Below the pieces are notes generated by a model. It was not told where the DNA came from and did not search any database. It saw nothing but the letters and a program-made list of their open reading frames with translations. A DNA stretch of 64,000 bases from a virus: IMG/VR virus record IMGVR_UViG_3300010151_000009, positions 1 through 64,000 of that record; one strand, given 5' to 3'. Shown piece after piece: positions 43,001-50,841 of this stretch; position 1 is the first letter of the stretch; every line of letters starts with the position of its first letter. The position numbers and the translations under genes were made by a program.

Positions 43001-45609
43001 TTATTAACTCCTACACAACAAGAGTCAGCATTGTTTTCATCCCAATATGTATTTCTTCTTTGAGGACTTTGAAATGCAGATACTCCACTATATCCTACAT
43101 TTAAAGCTGTTCCAAAATTAGTAGGAGAAAACGGTAATTGTGAATAAAAAGCTTGCCATCCCGGATCAACACTTCCTTCAAACCATGTATCTTCAAATAT
43201 TCTAAATCCAGGCCCATGCCAAGAACTAAGGTTGGTAGGAAAAGTTAAAAAATCAAAAGGATATAATGCTGAAGCTGTTCCAGGTAGAAAATGACCATCT
43301 TTGACAGGTTTATTACCACTTCTAATTGCAGCAAATCCATGCATAACTAATGCAGAAAGTAACCATCCATTTCCCATTGGATAGAAAAAACAATTATTTG
43401 ATTTCCCAGCTGCATCCCAAGTATTCCAAGCATTTTTATATTTTCTATACATCCCTTGAAATGGTGAATTTGTTGTAAAGTTATTTCTCCATGATGAGAA
43501 ATTCTCATCTGAATTATCTTGATTTTTAGGAGTAAGTACAACTGGAGATGCACCTGGATTATTAGTATTAAGCATAAGAGTATCCCAAGCCGGAGCAGTT
43601 TTAAAAGCAGCCGGTCCTACAAACCAAAAAGCACTAAGAATTGTAAAATACCCAAATGCATTATGGACTGCCGCTGGATCCCACACTCTATGCTCATCCA
43701 TCCAATTAGAAAGCCATACTGAACTCTCAGCTTCATCAAGAAACATAATAGATACTGGATCATTTACTGCACACATAGTAGTCCAATGTGGCATATTTGC
43801 TTCTCCAGCTGGAGTATTATACCAGCCACGAACAGCAACAGGATATGAAGGAAGAAATCCTCCGGGAGGTGTCCAAGTAGCTGAAATCCAAGAATTAATT
43901 TGTTCATAGGGAACAGTTATAGCTGGTATAACATTATTATACTCATCTCTATCTATACTATGAGTTAATCCATGAGTCCAATTACCACCTGGTGCAGGTG
44001 TAGTATCTACCTCTCTAGACATCTTCATGTACCAATTTTCAATATTATTAGCTACGATCCAAGCTGCTATTTTTATTTCATTATATAAATAACTATTAGT
44101 AACATTAGTATTTGCTATTCCTGGTAATCCGCTTTGCCAAATAATGCCGGAAGCACCTGCCGATGGACTAGGATCTTCCATTGGATAATTACCTTGTTCT
44201 AACCATCTTTCTCTATTAGTCATTATATGATATTGTTCACCAGCCCATCCAGCAGCTTGTTCAGCGTCTAACCAAGTTTTAACAGTAGAATATGTTTTTA
44301 TTACTTGAGTTGTTCCCCAAGATGAAGTATCATACCATATATAAATATCATTACTAGGACCTAATTGTCCTCCCCCACAATTAGGGTTTGCCCAAGGAGG
44401 AAATGGAGCACCAAATGGATGGTGTGTTCCAGTCACAGTACAGACACCTCTTGTTATAATTTGTACAGATCCAGATTGATTAACATTTGGTACTTGATAA
44501 AGAGATACTCCATTTGCAGTTATCCAATCATTTACTGAATTACACCACGTCATACCAGGTAAGAATTGCCACCCCTGCCATCCAGCACTATTTAGATTAT
44601 ATTCATAATTTAATAATGCTGTACCATTACCTAAATGTAATATAATTTCTGGCCATCCGTTCGAAGCATTAGGTTCACAAATTTCATCATAAATGATATC
44701 ACATTTACCTGTTTGTGTACACGTATGTTTATACTTATGCTGAACATGCATATGCCATGAAAAGTATCCTTCTCCTACACCATCATTAGCAGGTATCCAA
44801 TTAAATATTCCTAATTCATCTTCTAGAACCCTATTATAATCTAACATAGGAGTACTTCCTGCAATAGTTGGAGGTGGTACAGTACTCCACCACATATTAC
44901 TACCCTGCCCATTTACAACTATAGCTTGAAAAGCCTCATGAGTTCCACCGTTTGCAAAAGGATAACCTTTGATAAAAGTATCTAGGTCATCAGTAGTATT
45001 TGTAGCAATATCAATTAAATTTGTATTTAATGTGCCATTAGGATCCAACATAATATTAAACCATACCATTTTATGTGGTCCTCCATTATCAGCACTATTC
45101 CAAAAATGTCCACTTTCATAAAAAGAAGATGTTCCATTATTATCACAAGTTTCTTGGCCAGCCCATGCAATAGTTTTTGGATTTGCGCTCCATAAAGCTC
45201 CTCCTGCTCCTATTTTAGTGTCCCAACTCTCTAGATCATGATAACATCCCCCAATAACCATTTCAACTGGGTAGACAGCAACATGTCCATTTAAAAGATC
45301 ATCAAACGTTAATTCCATGTGCATGATGAATCCAACATCATCTGTGCAATTCAAGCTTTCCATCTTCATTATATAATAACGCTGGTCAGCTAAATTCTGT
45401 GCGGAATTTTGTCTAATATGAGGGCCGTCAAAAGTTACTACTATTGTTGGTTGACTGGCGGGAGCACTCCATGCAATATTAGCATCTGTAGTAAGTATAG
45501 ACCACGGATCTAATAATGTAGATGTATCATTAGGTTGGGCTATTATAGCATAAGCAGTGTGATGATCTTGCCTCCATGCGTGTATACTAAATTTAAAAAT
45601 ACCATCCAT
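37093..45609 (-). CDS. Giant Cys-rich repeat virion fibre/adhesin (2838 aa)
   Basis: About 20 GC(T/M)DPxAxNYxxxAxxDDGSC-type repeats interspersed with beta-sandwich-like segments; located in the tail module; no signal peptide evident. Confidence 0.75.
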   Translation of the reverse strand: MDGIFKFSIHAWRQDHHTAYAIIAQPNDTSTLLDPWSILTTDANIAWSAPASQPTIVVTFDGPHIRQNSAQNLADQRYYIMKMESLNCTDDVGFIMHMELTFDDLLNGHVAVYPVEMVIGGCYHDLESWDTKIGAGGALWSANPKTIAWAGQETCDNNGTSSFYESGHFWNSADNGGPHKMVWFNIMLDPNGTLNTNLIDIATNTTDDLDTFIKGYPFANGGTHEAFQAIVVNGQGSNMWWSTVPPPTIAGSTPMLDYNRVLEDELGIFNWIPANDGVGEGYFSWHMHVQHKYKHTCTQTGKCDIIYDEICEPNASNGWPEIILHLGNGTALLNYEYNLNSAGWQGWQFLPGMTWCNSVNDWITANGVSLYQVPNVNQSGSVQIITRGVCTVTGTHHPFGAPFPPWANPNCGGGQLGPSNDIYIWYDTSSWGTTQVIKTYSTVKTWLDAEQAAGWAGEQYHIMTNRERWLEQGNYPMEDPSPSAGASGIIWQSGLPGIANTNVTNSYLYNEIKIAAWIVANNIENWYMKMSREVDTTPAPGGNWTHGLTHSIDRDEYNNVIPAITVPYEQINSWISATWTPPGGFLPSYPVAVRGWYNTPAGEANMPHWTTMCAVNDPVSIMFLDEAESSVWLSNWMDEHRVWDPAAVHNAFGYFTILSAFWFVGPAAFKTAPAWDTLMLNTNNPGASPVVLTPKNQDNSDENFSSWRNNFTTNSPFQGMYRKYKNAWNTWDAAGKSNNCFFYPMGNGWLLSALVMHGFAAIRSGNKPVKDGHFLPGTASALYPFDFLTFPTNLSSWHGPGFRIFEDTWFEGSVDPGWQAFYSQLPFSPTNFGTALNVGYSGVSAFQSPQRRNTYWDENNADSCCVGVNNVPGGSGSALLHDAGYGGLDNYGWDLAQQHFDVGVTTTSFVNTITPFLYTLGGSGVCGCADCHCLAISVVDQFGVPVTGYDIHLELNGGGNVLIGTTNALGFVYHTVTTPGPITDALINTCHQLITGAATGAQISNTIGSADWGNCTNSLIEIVLHQSSFNSTIACCTTLGCTDPMMCNYDPMACIDDGSCFMCIPGCMDPAACNTCVGCTTDCNNNLPGSAAYILGGTWGVDTCCLYEGCMDPTAANYSASYNADCLCTLGGPDTSCCIYPCCDPPSITNTFTANASNPCPTDYDFLFTCDLITNGVIATYDIELRFDPGGANTLVAGTSFAGLPITDPISATYSYDCINSIDEFIHGAGNYQVNISLYYGGASGTKCNYSSPITAVVLEVCGCTDPLASNYNAAADCDDGTCTYGTNGCLDVCAGDYSNVWTNNCDGTAAGTTAVGWNSCCHYWHIFQTCNGSNEFFAPVASTIAQTVDDNQDWFDAFETALGASILPGETVMMPYYTNGGGWGTTLTCWEYVGQVCHDTWPVLPNTYNYSMLPLPGPGLPLPNPALVPATVAATHATTNCSVCVATYGCTDVNSTNYNAGATIDDGSCIACLDDGSMPMTYINNMGGFGSLYPGTPATNLLDNCAGFTITNPGYDDGCCIYPTPCAQCTGLTSGTGATNGPCVVDMWVMLTCPTPGPSPITTVVWSLSYEIAPAVFTVINANVQTDSGVNTTYTHSIIEDCNTLLNSGAPYFANGDGTYKWIATVTYADGTVCNHEYTQAITLPVCGCMDPTAGNYNPLATCPCCTLCDGTDDNDCCGCPPGQTEIELVLSDDNLSGMDLAWDTCTITLTGQNTGTVYGPYTWTSNSVAYPTITTFSADIFCAEDDCYLVETCLVVPPDIIGNYLAWSLIDVNTATTIGSGTLGMFATSWQVTVGTPTPACCIYGCMDPLASNYNSAATCHCDDSDPLAALYGPPCVLGQTGPDCCCIPCVYGCTDPLAFNFDPTATCDDGSCCLIDGCPDITTVNANHATLVGACNYDAAACADCDQVMGGASTTCCTYPGCTDPTAINFDASAGCPCNSVNPYNIVNDNDCCLYCTTYGCMDPVATNYDVTADCPCDGTFGAPCVGGQTILTNADGCCCEYCNTGCAVTPGYINYDPTATCDCNGDPLTIPGDATSGPMNLGYDSCCQPCANGCMDWVNYSFPGNYDATATCDCVGNPPGSTAYVFAGTYGDISCCVNCTAGCQDSLNPWYCPTCTCPGPCCPMGCTDTTPGSNPDINGNDSLGNPCIFPCVDGYDVCNFDPAAVCDDLSCSQCTAGCTDPLALNYDPFATGSSVVDCRYCDATTGWIEDYTQIVGAADDLGHIIGPSGPTSSSTQVSTNCGAPADGTLSVVGNAPGMAVTSYYIPFAPITWTIELYATTANGNDWSSGGAILISSQGGLPIPTFTFTGLDWGWYAYKLIPSTGHTEGDQCFESGEQNVLVNVCSNSSSPNYYNSAPCNTVQPAINTNAANPPDWSLHQNCNPCCTTVSGCGCGVTTWTNIAGGCVTNGTIFAGLNCMANGVNPACGGTITWRFENSSGAIIASGVDTVPPNPGSYTATYSAPITGNDTYQFCHDEVWNACANFPQAICAEHCVPIVVSNFTLCDCMDPAATNYNPAATANCDGSTPALIPNTTGVPPCCDYCVYGCMDATAINYDAAATCDCCCIYPGEGCTDPEALNYDSTATIPCPDLDLDLRPDCCEYCPRFDCIPVPATAIDTCAVNPLVLWQDCGAMVTLGLQNAIDFAAYNCWPNAETLCNGIVSLHGIWADLSTYGGLTCDPCNTNWPDECCEDNAISGTSQIKRRIIAISNTCFPGTYITWGDYIVGAITHAYSLSAAKGNALKAKLVKASGTAGYVDDPLNTYGAGLAFCANISPWSGSPDIATIHISDVLDPGNIDSNRMAWVPCCDGPCNCVETLMGYYLNISHCQSDPDSI
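37790..42500 (-). repeat. Protein-level GCxDPxAxNY repeat array
   Basis: Examples: GCTDPMMCNYDPMACIDDGSC, GCTDPLASNYNAAADCDDGTC, GCTDPLAFNFDPTATCDDGSC, GCTDPEALNYDSTATIPC. Confidence 0.9.
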
Positions 45610-45621
45610 AGTAGTTAAATT

Positions 45622-46122
45622 TTAACAATCACATCCGCATGATAAGTCACATATATCTTTTGCTGTATTATATTTATCATAAGCATCTTGTAAATATCCT
45701 GTATTATAAGACGTTATATCTAATAAACTAGCTGCTCTTTGAGCAGAATTTAAAAGAAGAAAAATTTTCTGAGCTTTTGCTAATGCTTTAGAACATTTAG
45801 CACAATTACAATCGCATTCAACTAGCTCACGAGTTAATGCGGCTAAACAACAATCTATATCACAATGAACAACAAGACCATTAGCATCTGTTAAAACAGC
45901 AGCTACATCCCACTGTACTTCAAATACTCCATTACCTCCTAAAGTTACAGTACCAGTTGTAGTATCTCCAGGAGCAGCAAATGTTACAGCTGTAGTTATA
46001 GTTGGTATTACTCCTGCAAAGTCTTTTATTACAAGGTTGCCAGTTGTACCAGCACCACTACCATCTATTATTGCATAATCTAGGTCTTTACAGTCACCAC
46101 TGACTACTAATGAATCAATCAT
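45622..46122 (-). CDS. Putative tail-hub protein with Cys-rich helical C-terminus
   Basis: 166 aa with CDIDCC, ECDCNCAKC and terminal CDLSCGCDC; lies between the auxiliary capsid and fibre genes. Confidence 0.55.
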   Translation of the reverse strand: MIDSLVVSGDCKDLDYAIIDGSGAGTTGNLVIKDFAGVIPTITTAVTFAAPGDTTTGTVTLGGNGVFEVQWDVAAVLTDANGLVVHCDIDCCLAALTRELVECDCNCAKCSKALAKAQKIFLLLNSAQRAASLLDITSYNTGYLQDAYDKYNTAKDICDLSCGCDC

Positions 46123-46136
46123 AATGTATAGAATTT

Positions 46137-46178
46137 AAAAAAAAGATTAGTGGGGGTATTTCACCCCCAGTAATCTTT
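46137..46178 (-). terminator. Rho-independent terminator after the auxiliary capsid gene
   Basis: Minus strand reads AAAGATTA-C-TGGGGGT-GAAAT-ACCCCCA-C-TAATCTTTTTTTT, a long stem followed by a U-tract. Confidence 0.85.
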
Positions 46179-46189
46179 ATAAGGTTAAT

Positions 46190-47191
46190 TTATATAGTTA
46201 AACAAGCAAAGTTAAGTGAAGTTGCACCTGAACATGCGTTACAAGTTCCATCTCCAAAATAACAATTAAGAATAGTTGCTAAACATCCCATAGCTGTACC
46301 ATTAGGTGTTCCTGCAACAATTTCTCTTTCTGCTACTACTATTTCAATTAAATTATCTACACCATTAATACCAGAAGAAGTACTTCCATCTTTTGTAGCT
46401 ACAATTACAATAGTATCCCATCCGTCTTCAGCTGTTATAGCTGTTGCTCCAGTTGAAATTTCTGCTGCAGGAGTTTTAGGTAAAGTACCTGCTCTACTGT
46501 AGTCACCATAAGTTGTACCTCTGATATCTTCTTCAAATTGTCTGATATGGAAACCAGAACCGTATCCTGCATAAGGTTGAGTTGTATATGCACACGTAAC
46601 TAATCCTCCATTAGACCCATCCAAACCTTCAGATGCAGCTGTCCAATTAGAAAGCTCTTCAGCTACACTACCATCAGCTTTAACAGCACCTTTTCCATGT
46701 CCTGTAAAAGTTAATAATCCAGCACCATTATCTGCTACAGTACTAATCCAATGAGGAAGATCCACACTGATCATGTTAAATAATCCTGTTGCTTGTAATG
46801 TTGGTGTTAAACCAGCTGCTCCACTAAGAGTATATGATTTAAATTCTGGTTCTCCATTAGTTACATTAACTAACTTTAATGTTATATCTGCTGCTACTGT
46901 TAAGTTAGCCCCACCAGTTGCAAAGTCAGCTGTTGCTACCCCTGCTACTTGTAGTACTGCACTTTGTCCAGTATAGTTGATTACATTTCTACCCCAAATC
47001 CATGGAGTTACGATTTTACCGTTTGCTGCTGAATACATTGCGAAACGTATTTCAGGTGCTTCAACGATCGTATCGTTTGCTGCTAAAGCTGTTGAGCCAC
47101 TTGCAGATCTTTTTTCGATGTAGATATTACCAGCTGTAGACGTGTAATGGTCTCCAGCTTGACAATCTCCGTAAATTAAATGTCTTGCCAT
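46190..47191 (-). CDS. Auxiliary capsid (decoration) protein, putative
   Basis: 333 aa, Ala/Gly/Thr-rich, with GYGSGFHIRQFEEDIRG; downstream of the MCP and followed by a terminator, consistent with a high-copy structural protein. Confidence 0.6.
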   Translation of the reverse strand: MARHLIYGDCQAGDHYTSTAGNIYIEKRSASGSTALAANDTIVEAPEIRFAMYSAANGKIVTPWIWGRNVINYTGQSAVLQVAGVATADFATGGANLTVAADITLKLVNVTNGEPEFKSYTLSGAAGLTPTLQATGLFNMISVDLPHWISTVADNGAGLLTFTGHGKGAVKADGSVAEELSNWTAASEGLDGSNGGLVTCAYTTQPYAGYGSGFHIRQFEEDIRGTTYGDYSRAGTLPKTPAAEISTGATAITAEDGWDTIVIVATKDGSTSSGINGVDNLIEIVVAEREIVAGTPNGTAMGCLATILNCYFGDGTCNACSGATSLNFACLTI

Positions 47192-47216
47192 TTTCTTTTG
47201 TTTTTAAAATTAATAA

Positions 47217-48398
47217 TTATTCATTCTTACCCACTTCTAATTCATGGGATTTATATCTAGGGTCACTAAACCCTTCTAACAAACTACTAATTGTCATATC
47301 CACAAGTGTTTGATGCATATGGTTAGGCAATTCGCAGCTTTGCTGCAAAGGTAGTGAAATCTCTGCAGGTTCCTTAATATAAAGTATTTTTACTTCATCT
47401 ATTAAAAATATATCACTCGTATATATATCTAAATACTCGTCTCTAATAGTGTATATAGGTTTTTTGTGTGTTGTTGTATTAAAAGGATCAGATAATGATG
47501 CATATATATCATCTTGTTGATTAAATGCATTTGGTGCATCTGTCATTAATATATTAGAAGTAGCTGTTCGTTTTTCATTATATGGAACCTCAACTTCTAA
47601 TGGTAAAGCTCTAGAATATACAGATGTAGGAGGGGTAGTTGTATCGGTCCCTAAAATCTCAGTTACTGGTAAAATAGCGTTAGGATCTAGATTAAATGTC
47701 CATCCTCCAGCAAATGTTGCTAAATCTATTACTACTATAAATTCACCTGGAAAATTTAATGATTGTCCTGGTACACCTGTCTCCCAAAATATAGATACAC
47801 CTGCTGCTCCAGTTCCATTAGCTAAGATATCAGCTTGAATAGTTGCAGCATCATCTACTCCAAATACTAAACTATTAGGATTCAGCCAAATATCTACTAC
47901 TCCACTAGTAGTTAAATCAGACGTATTTTCATACAGACTAATTTCATCTACTAATAGATTTCCTGTATTTGTAATAAATTCAAAATAAGGTAATCTATAA
48001 TAAATTAATGTTTGTGGAAAGCCCATAGTCCATACTAAATCATTAGTACATGTTGCACTATACGAGATTGAAGATATAGAATTTATTAAAAACATATATT
48101 CATCTGGTAATTTTGCTGTATCTACATAAAATTGTTTTCCTTTAAGATTTATAGCTTCTTTATATGTACAAGTAACTATTGTTTCCCTAAGTAAACTTCT
48201 AATATCATCAATTCGTTTTTGACTCTCTTCAAATCCTTTTTGATATACATTATTTTTACCGTAAGATTTATTAATAAGTTTTCCTTGAACTTTATTAAGT
48301 TCTAACTCAATTTCTTCAGGTAATAACAAATCGGCTTGGAGTGAATTGATTTTATCCACTCCTTGCCGGATTGCTAAATGCATTTCATTTACATTCAT
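47217..48398 (-). CDS. Head-tail ring protein with central insertion
   Basis: N-terminal EMH...DKINS..LLPEEI..GFEESQKRIDDIRSL and C-terminal DPFN...YIKEP...CELPNHMHQTLVD match the crAss-like ring pattern, with about 150 extra central residues. Confidence 0.8.
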   Translation of the reverse strand: MNVNEMHLAIRQGVDKINSLQADLLLPEEIELELNKVQGKLINKSYGKNNVYQKGFEESQKRIDDIRSLLRETIVTCTYKEAINLKGKQFYVDTAKLPDEYMFLINSISSISYSATCTNDLVWTMGFPQTLIYYRLPYFEFITNTGNLLVDEISLYENTSDLTTSGVVDIWLNPNSLVFGVDDAATIQADILANGTGAAGVSIFWETGVPGQSLNFPGEFIVVIDLATFAGGWTFNLDPNAILPVTEILGTDTTTPPTSVYSRALPLEVEVPYNEKRTATSNILMTDAPNAFNQQDDIYASLSDPFNTTTHKKPIYTIRDEYLDIYTSDIFLIDEVKILYIKEPAEISLPLQQSCELPNHMHQTLVDMTISSLLEGFSDPRYKSHELEVGKNE

Positions 48399-48399
48399 G

Positions 48400-49206
48400 T
48401 TATAGTGCTAATTCTTTAAGTTTAGCTCTTAAAATTGTTAAAGTTCCAGAATTCTTTTTATTTTTTAAATAAACTACAGTATCTTCCATTGTTTCACCTA
48501 ATACTTCATCAATAAAAATTACTTGATTACCAATTTTTCTTAAAACTCCAGCAGTAACCATTTCTTCAACTTCTGCTTTTACTTCTAAATTTTTATCTAT
48601 AGCTACTCTAATAAACTTTTTAGGTTCTTTATCTTTAAGATCATATAAAGCTGTTTCAACCTGATCATCTGTTAAACGATCTGGATTACTCGCAGACATA
48701 AGTCTATAAACTCGCCTCATATTTTTTATATTTGACGATACTTTAATAAATTCTTTATCTGCATCTTTTTTCAATTTAACTTGATTGTTTTTAACTTTAT
48801 CTTCTCTTGTATTATCCTGAATGTAAAATCTTTTATTAAAATTTTGATCCATTTCCTCCTTTGTAAGTGATACATGAGGATGTTTTAGAGCAAATCGATA
48901 TTTAATATAATCCATTACATTATTAGGATTGCCATCAGCATCTAAACTGATGTCTAACTCTACTCCTGTAAATCCTACAGGAATTGTAAGTTCTGCCCAG
49001 AAATTTTTAGAATGTTTTGGCCAATCAACATGATCGGGTGAAACATCTAATATTCCCTGCATAAACTTTTTTTCTTCTTCAGGATTAAATCCTTTTAAAG
49101 GTTGTCTATTTACATAAACACTACTAAGCTTTGATATTGCTTCAGCTCTTACTGCTTTAGGTAGATGATTTAATACATCTTTCCTTCTGATAAATACTTT
49201 TTTCAT
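48400..49206 (-). CDS. Conserved crAss-like protein encoded downstream of the MCP
   Basis: 268 aa with KNFWAELTI, DYIKYRFALKHPHV and LGETMEDTVVYLKNKKNS; syntenic position. Confidence 0.65.
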   Translation of the reverse strand: MKKVFIRRKDVLNHLPKAVRAEAISKLSSVYVNRQPLKGFNPEEEKKFMQGILDVSPDHVDWPKHSKNFWAELTIPVGFTGVELDISLDADGNPNNVMDYIKYRFALKHPHVSLTKEEMDQNFNKRFYIQDNTREDKVKNNQVKLKKDADKEFIKVSSNIKNMRRVYRLMSASNPDRLTDDQVETALYDLKDKEPKKFIRVAIDKNLEVKAEVEEMVTAGVLRKIGNQVIFIDEVLGETMEDTVVYLKNKKNSGTLTILRAKLKELAL

Positions 49207-49273
49207 AATAATAGTTCTTTTAAAGTTTTAATTAAGTGGATGTAAAGAATAACTCTCCGTATAATTATTAATT

Positions 49274-49303
49274 AAAGAAGCGGGGGGATTGCTCCCCCAG
49301 CAA
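49274..49303 (-). terminator. Hairpin terminator/attenuator downstream of the MCP
   Basis: Minus strand GC-T-GGGGGA-GCAA-TCCCCC-C-GC followed by TTCTTT: GNRA tetraloop with an imperfect U-tract. Confidence 0.75.
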
Positions 49304-49345
49304 CTCTAATCAAAAACCAATATATAGACGCAAATTAATGCCAAC

Positions 49346-50794
49346 TTAAGATGCTGTACAAGTGATGTCTAAAGAGGTATCAAAACGTCTTAACGCGATA
49401 CCTGCAGTTTTCAACATATGTACAGACGCACCGTCTACATCAGACGCTCTAGTGGAATTACCATCAAAGCCTCTAGGGATCACCGATCCAGCTACACACC
49501 ATCTCATAGACTCACGACCTTTCTTAGAGATCATTTGAAGGTTATTTTGACCATCATAATTTGATTGATCAACAAATACCATTCTATAAGATTCAAGTGA
49601 ATAACCTGTAGTAGGGTGTTTTGCACGAGCTTGTGCAACTGCACCATGATCAAACATAGGAATTTTTACTACATTCACACTATGTCCATCAATATGCTCG
49701 TACGAAGTGAAGTATCCAGACATTCCTAAAGATCTTCCTGATCCCGTGATAAATCTGTTTTCTCCACCTACTTTCCAGCCACCAGCAGCTCCACCGAAGT
49801 GGTTTTTAAGAGCTTCGTCAAATTCACGAGCTCCGCCAGTTCCTGTATACAATGTAACTTGTTTTGCAGAAGCGTCAGTCATACTATAAAATAAATCACC
49901 AATAATATTTTTCAACTTAGTTTCTGTCATAACAGAATAAGTATCTTTATTAACGATTTGTGATAATAGTCCAGGACCTATAATTACAGGCTGGCCATTC
50001 TCATCTTTCATAGAAGTTAAACCATTAGTATCGTAAGTTTTCTCACCATACCAGTAGTAATTTTCACACTCTTCTTTAAAATCAAGCATATGTAAATATT
50101 CTTCATAATCCATCCAAAGTTTAGTAGTTTTTCCTCCTTTCGTTGGAAGAGAGAATTCTGCTACATAATCTTTAGCGTTTCCAGACATATGGTAAGATTT
50201 TCTAACCGTAGTTAGTTTGTTTCTTACTTTACCTGGAGTTTCCCAGTTTGAAGCGTTACCTCTTGAGAAGTCCGTTCCAACTGGTGCATACATTTGTGCC
50301 CATAGTGCACCTGAGTCACAATCAACTGTTGGTACAGTTGCTGTAAGTGAAGGATTTACTATTTGACATGTGTATGTCCATTCATTTCCGCCCGCTGCCA
50401 TTTCTGGTTCTTTCATAATACGTACTTGTACTCCTGATTGGGAGATTAGTACATATGGAAAGATAAACCATTTGTCAGGGAAGGTTAACTCAAAGGATGC
50501 TCCTCCAAGTCCTATGTTTGCTGCTGCATTTGGCGTAGATACAGGTCTAGTCCTCAATCTGTGTGTTGCCACACGATACTCATATTCCAACCTGTCAATA
50601 GACTTAGTGTTACCAACGCCTTCAGTTAAGAAAGACAATGGAAAACGTTTGTCGTCTTTTCCAGCTAAATGAGTAATTATTGGTGATAGTTCCGTAGGTT
50701 TAGCCAAAAGCGCATTTGCTAGACTGTTCATATCAGTCATTTGCGTATCGTTGTAAAACGATTTTTGTACGCTGATGTTTGTTCCGTTCGGCAT
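49346..50794 (-). CDS. Major capsid protein
   Basis: 482 aa with FPLSFLTEG, RNKLTTVRKS, GPGLLSQI, LYTGTGGAREF and HPTTGYSLESYRM, matching the crAss-like MCP pattern; GC-richer, biased codon usage. Confidence 0.93.
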   Translation of the reverse strand: MPNGTNISVQKSFYNDTQMTDMNSLANALLAKPTELSPIITHLAGKDDKRFPLSFLTEGVGNTKSIDRLEYEYRVATHRLRTRPVSTPNAAANIGLGGASFELTFPDKWFIFPYVLISQSGVQVRIMKEPEMAAGGNEWTYTCQIVNPSLTATVPTVDCDSGALWAQMYAPVGTDFSRGNASNWETPGKVRNKLTTVRKSYHMSGNAKDYVAEFSLPTKGGKTTKLWMDYEEYLHMLDFKEECENYYWYGEKTYDTNGLTSMKDENGQPVIIGPGLLSQIVNKDTYSVMTETKLKNIIGDLFYSMTDASAKQVTLYTGTGGAREFDEALKNHFGGAAGGWKVGGENRFITGSGRSLGMSGYFTSYEHIDGHSVNVVKIPMFDHGAVAQARAKHPTTGYSLESYRMVFVDQSNYDGQNNLQMISKKGRESMRWCVAGSVIPRGFDGNSTRASDVDGASVHMLKTAGIALRRFDTSLDITCTAS

Positions 50795-50841
50795 TTTCTT
50801 AATTATTTATAGGGTACCTATTTCCCTGTTAAGGTATATTT

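Noticed and set aside
38106-43553. Minus-strand alternative-frame ORFs 38106-38297 and 43347-43553 inside the giant fibre gene
   Set aside because: They are short, lack motifs, and are fully nested in a well-supported gene; their lengths are compatible with chance.
49207-49345. Possible tRNA or structured ncRNA in the largest intergenic gap
   Set aside because: Only a single terminator-like hairpin is visible; there is no cloverleaf or T-loop consensus.
50808-50830. Short AGGG/CCCT inverted repeat upstream of the MCP start
   Set aside because: The stem is only about 4-6 bp with no U-tract, too weak to call, though a translational control hairpin is not excluded.
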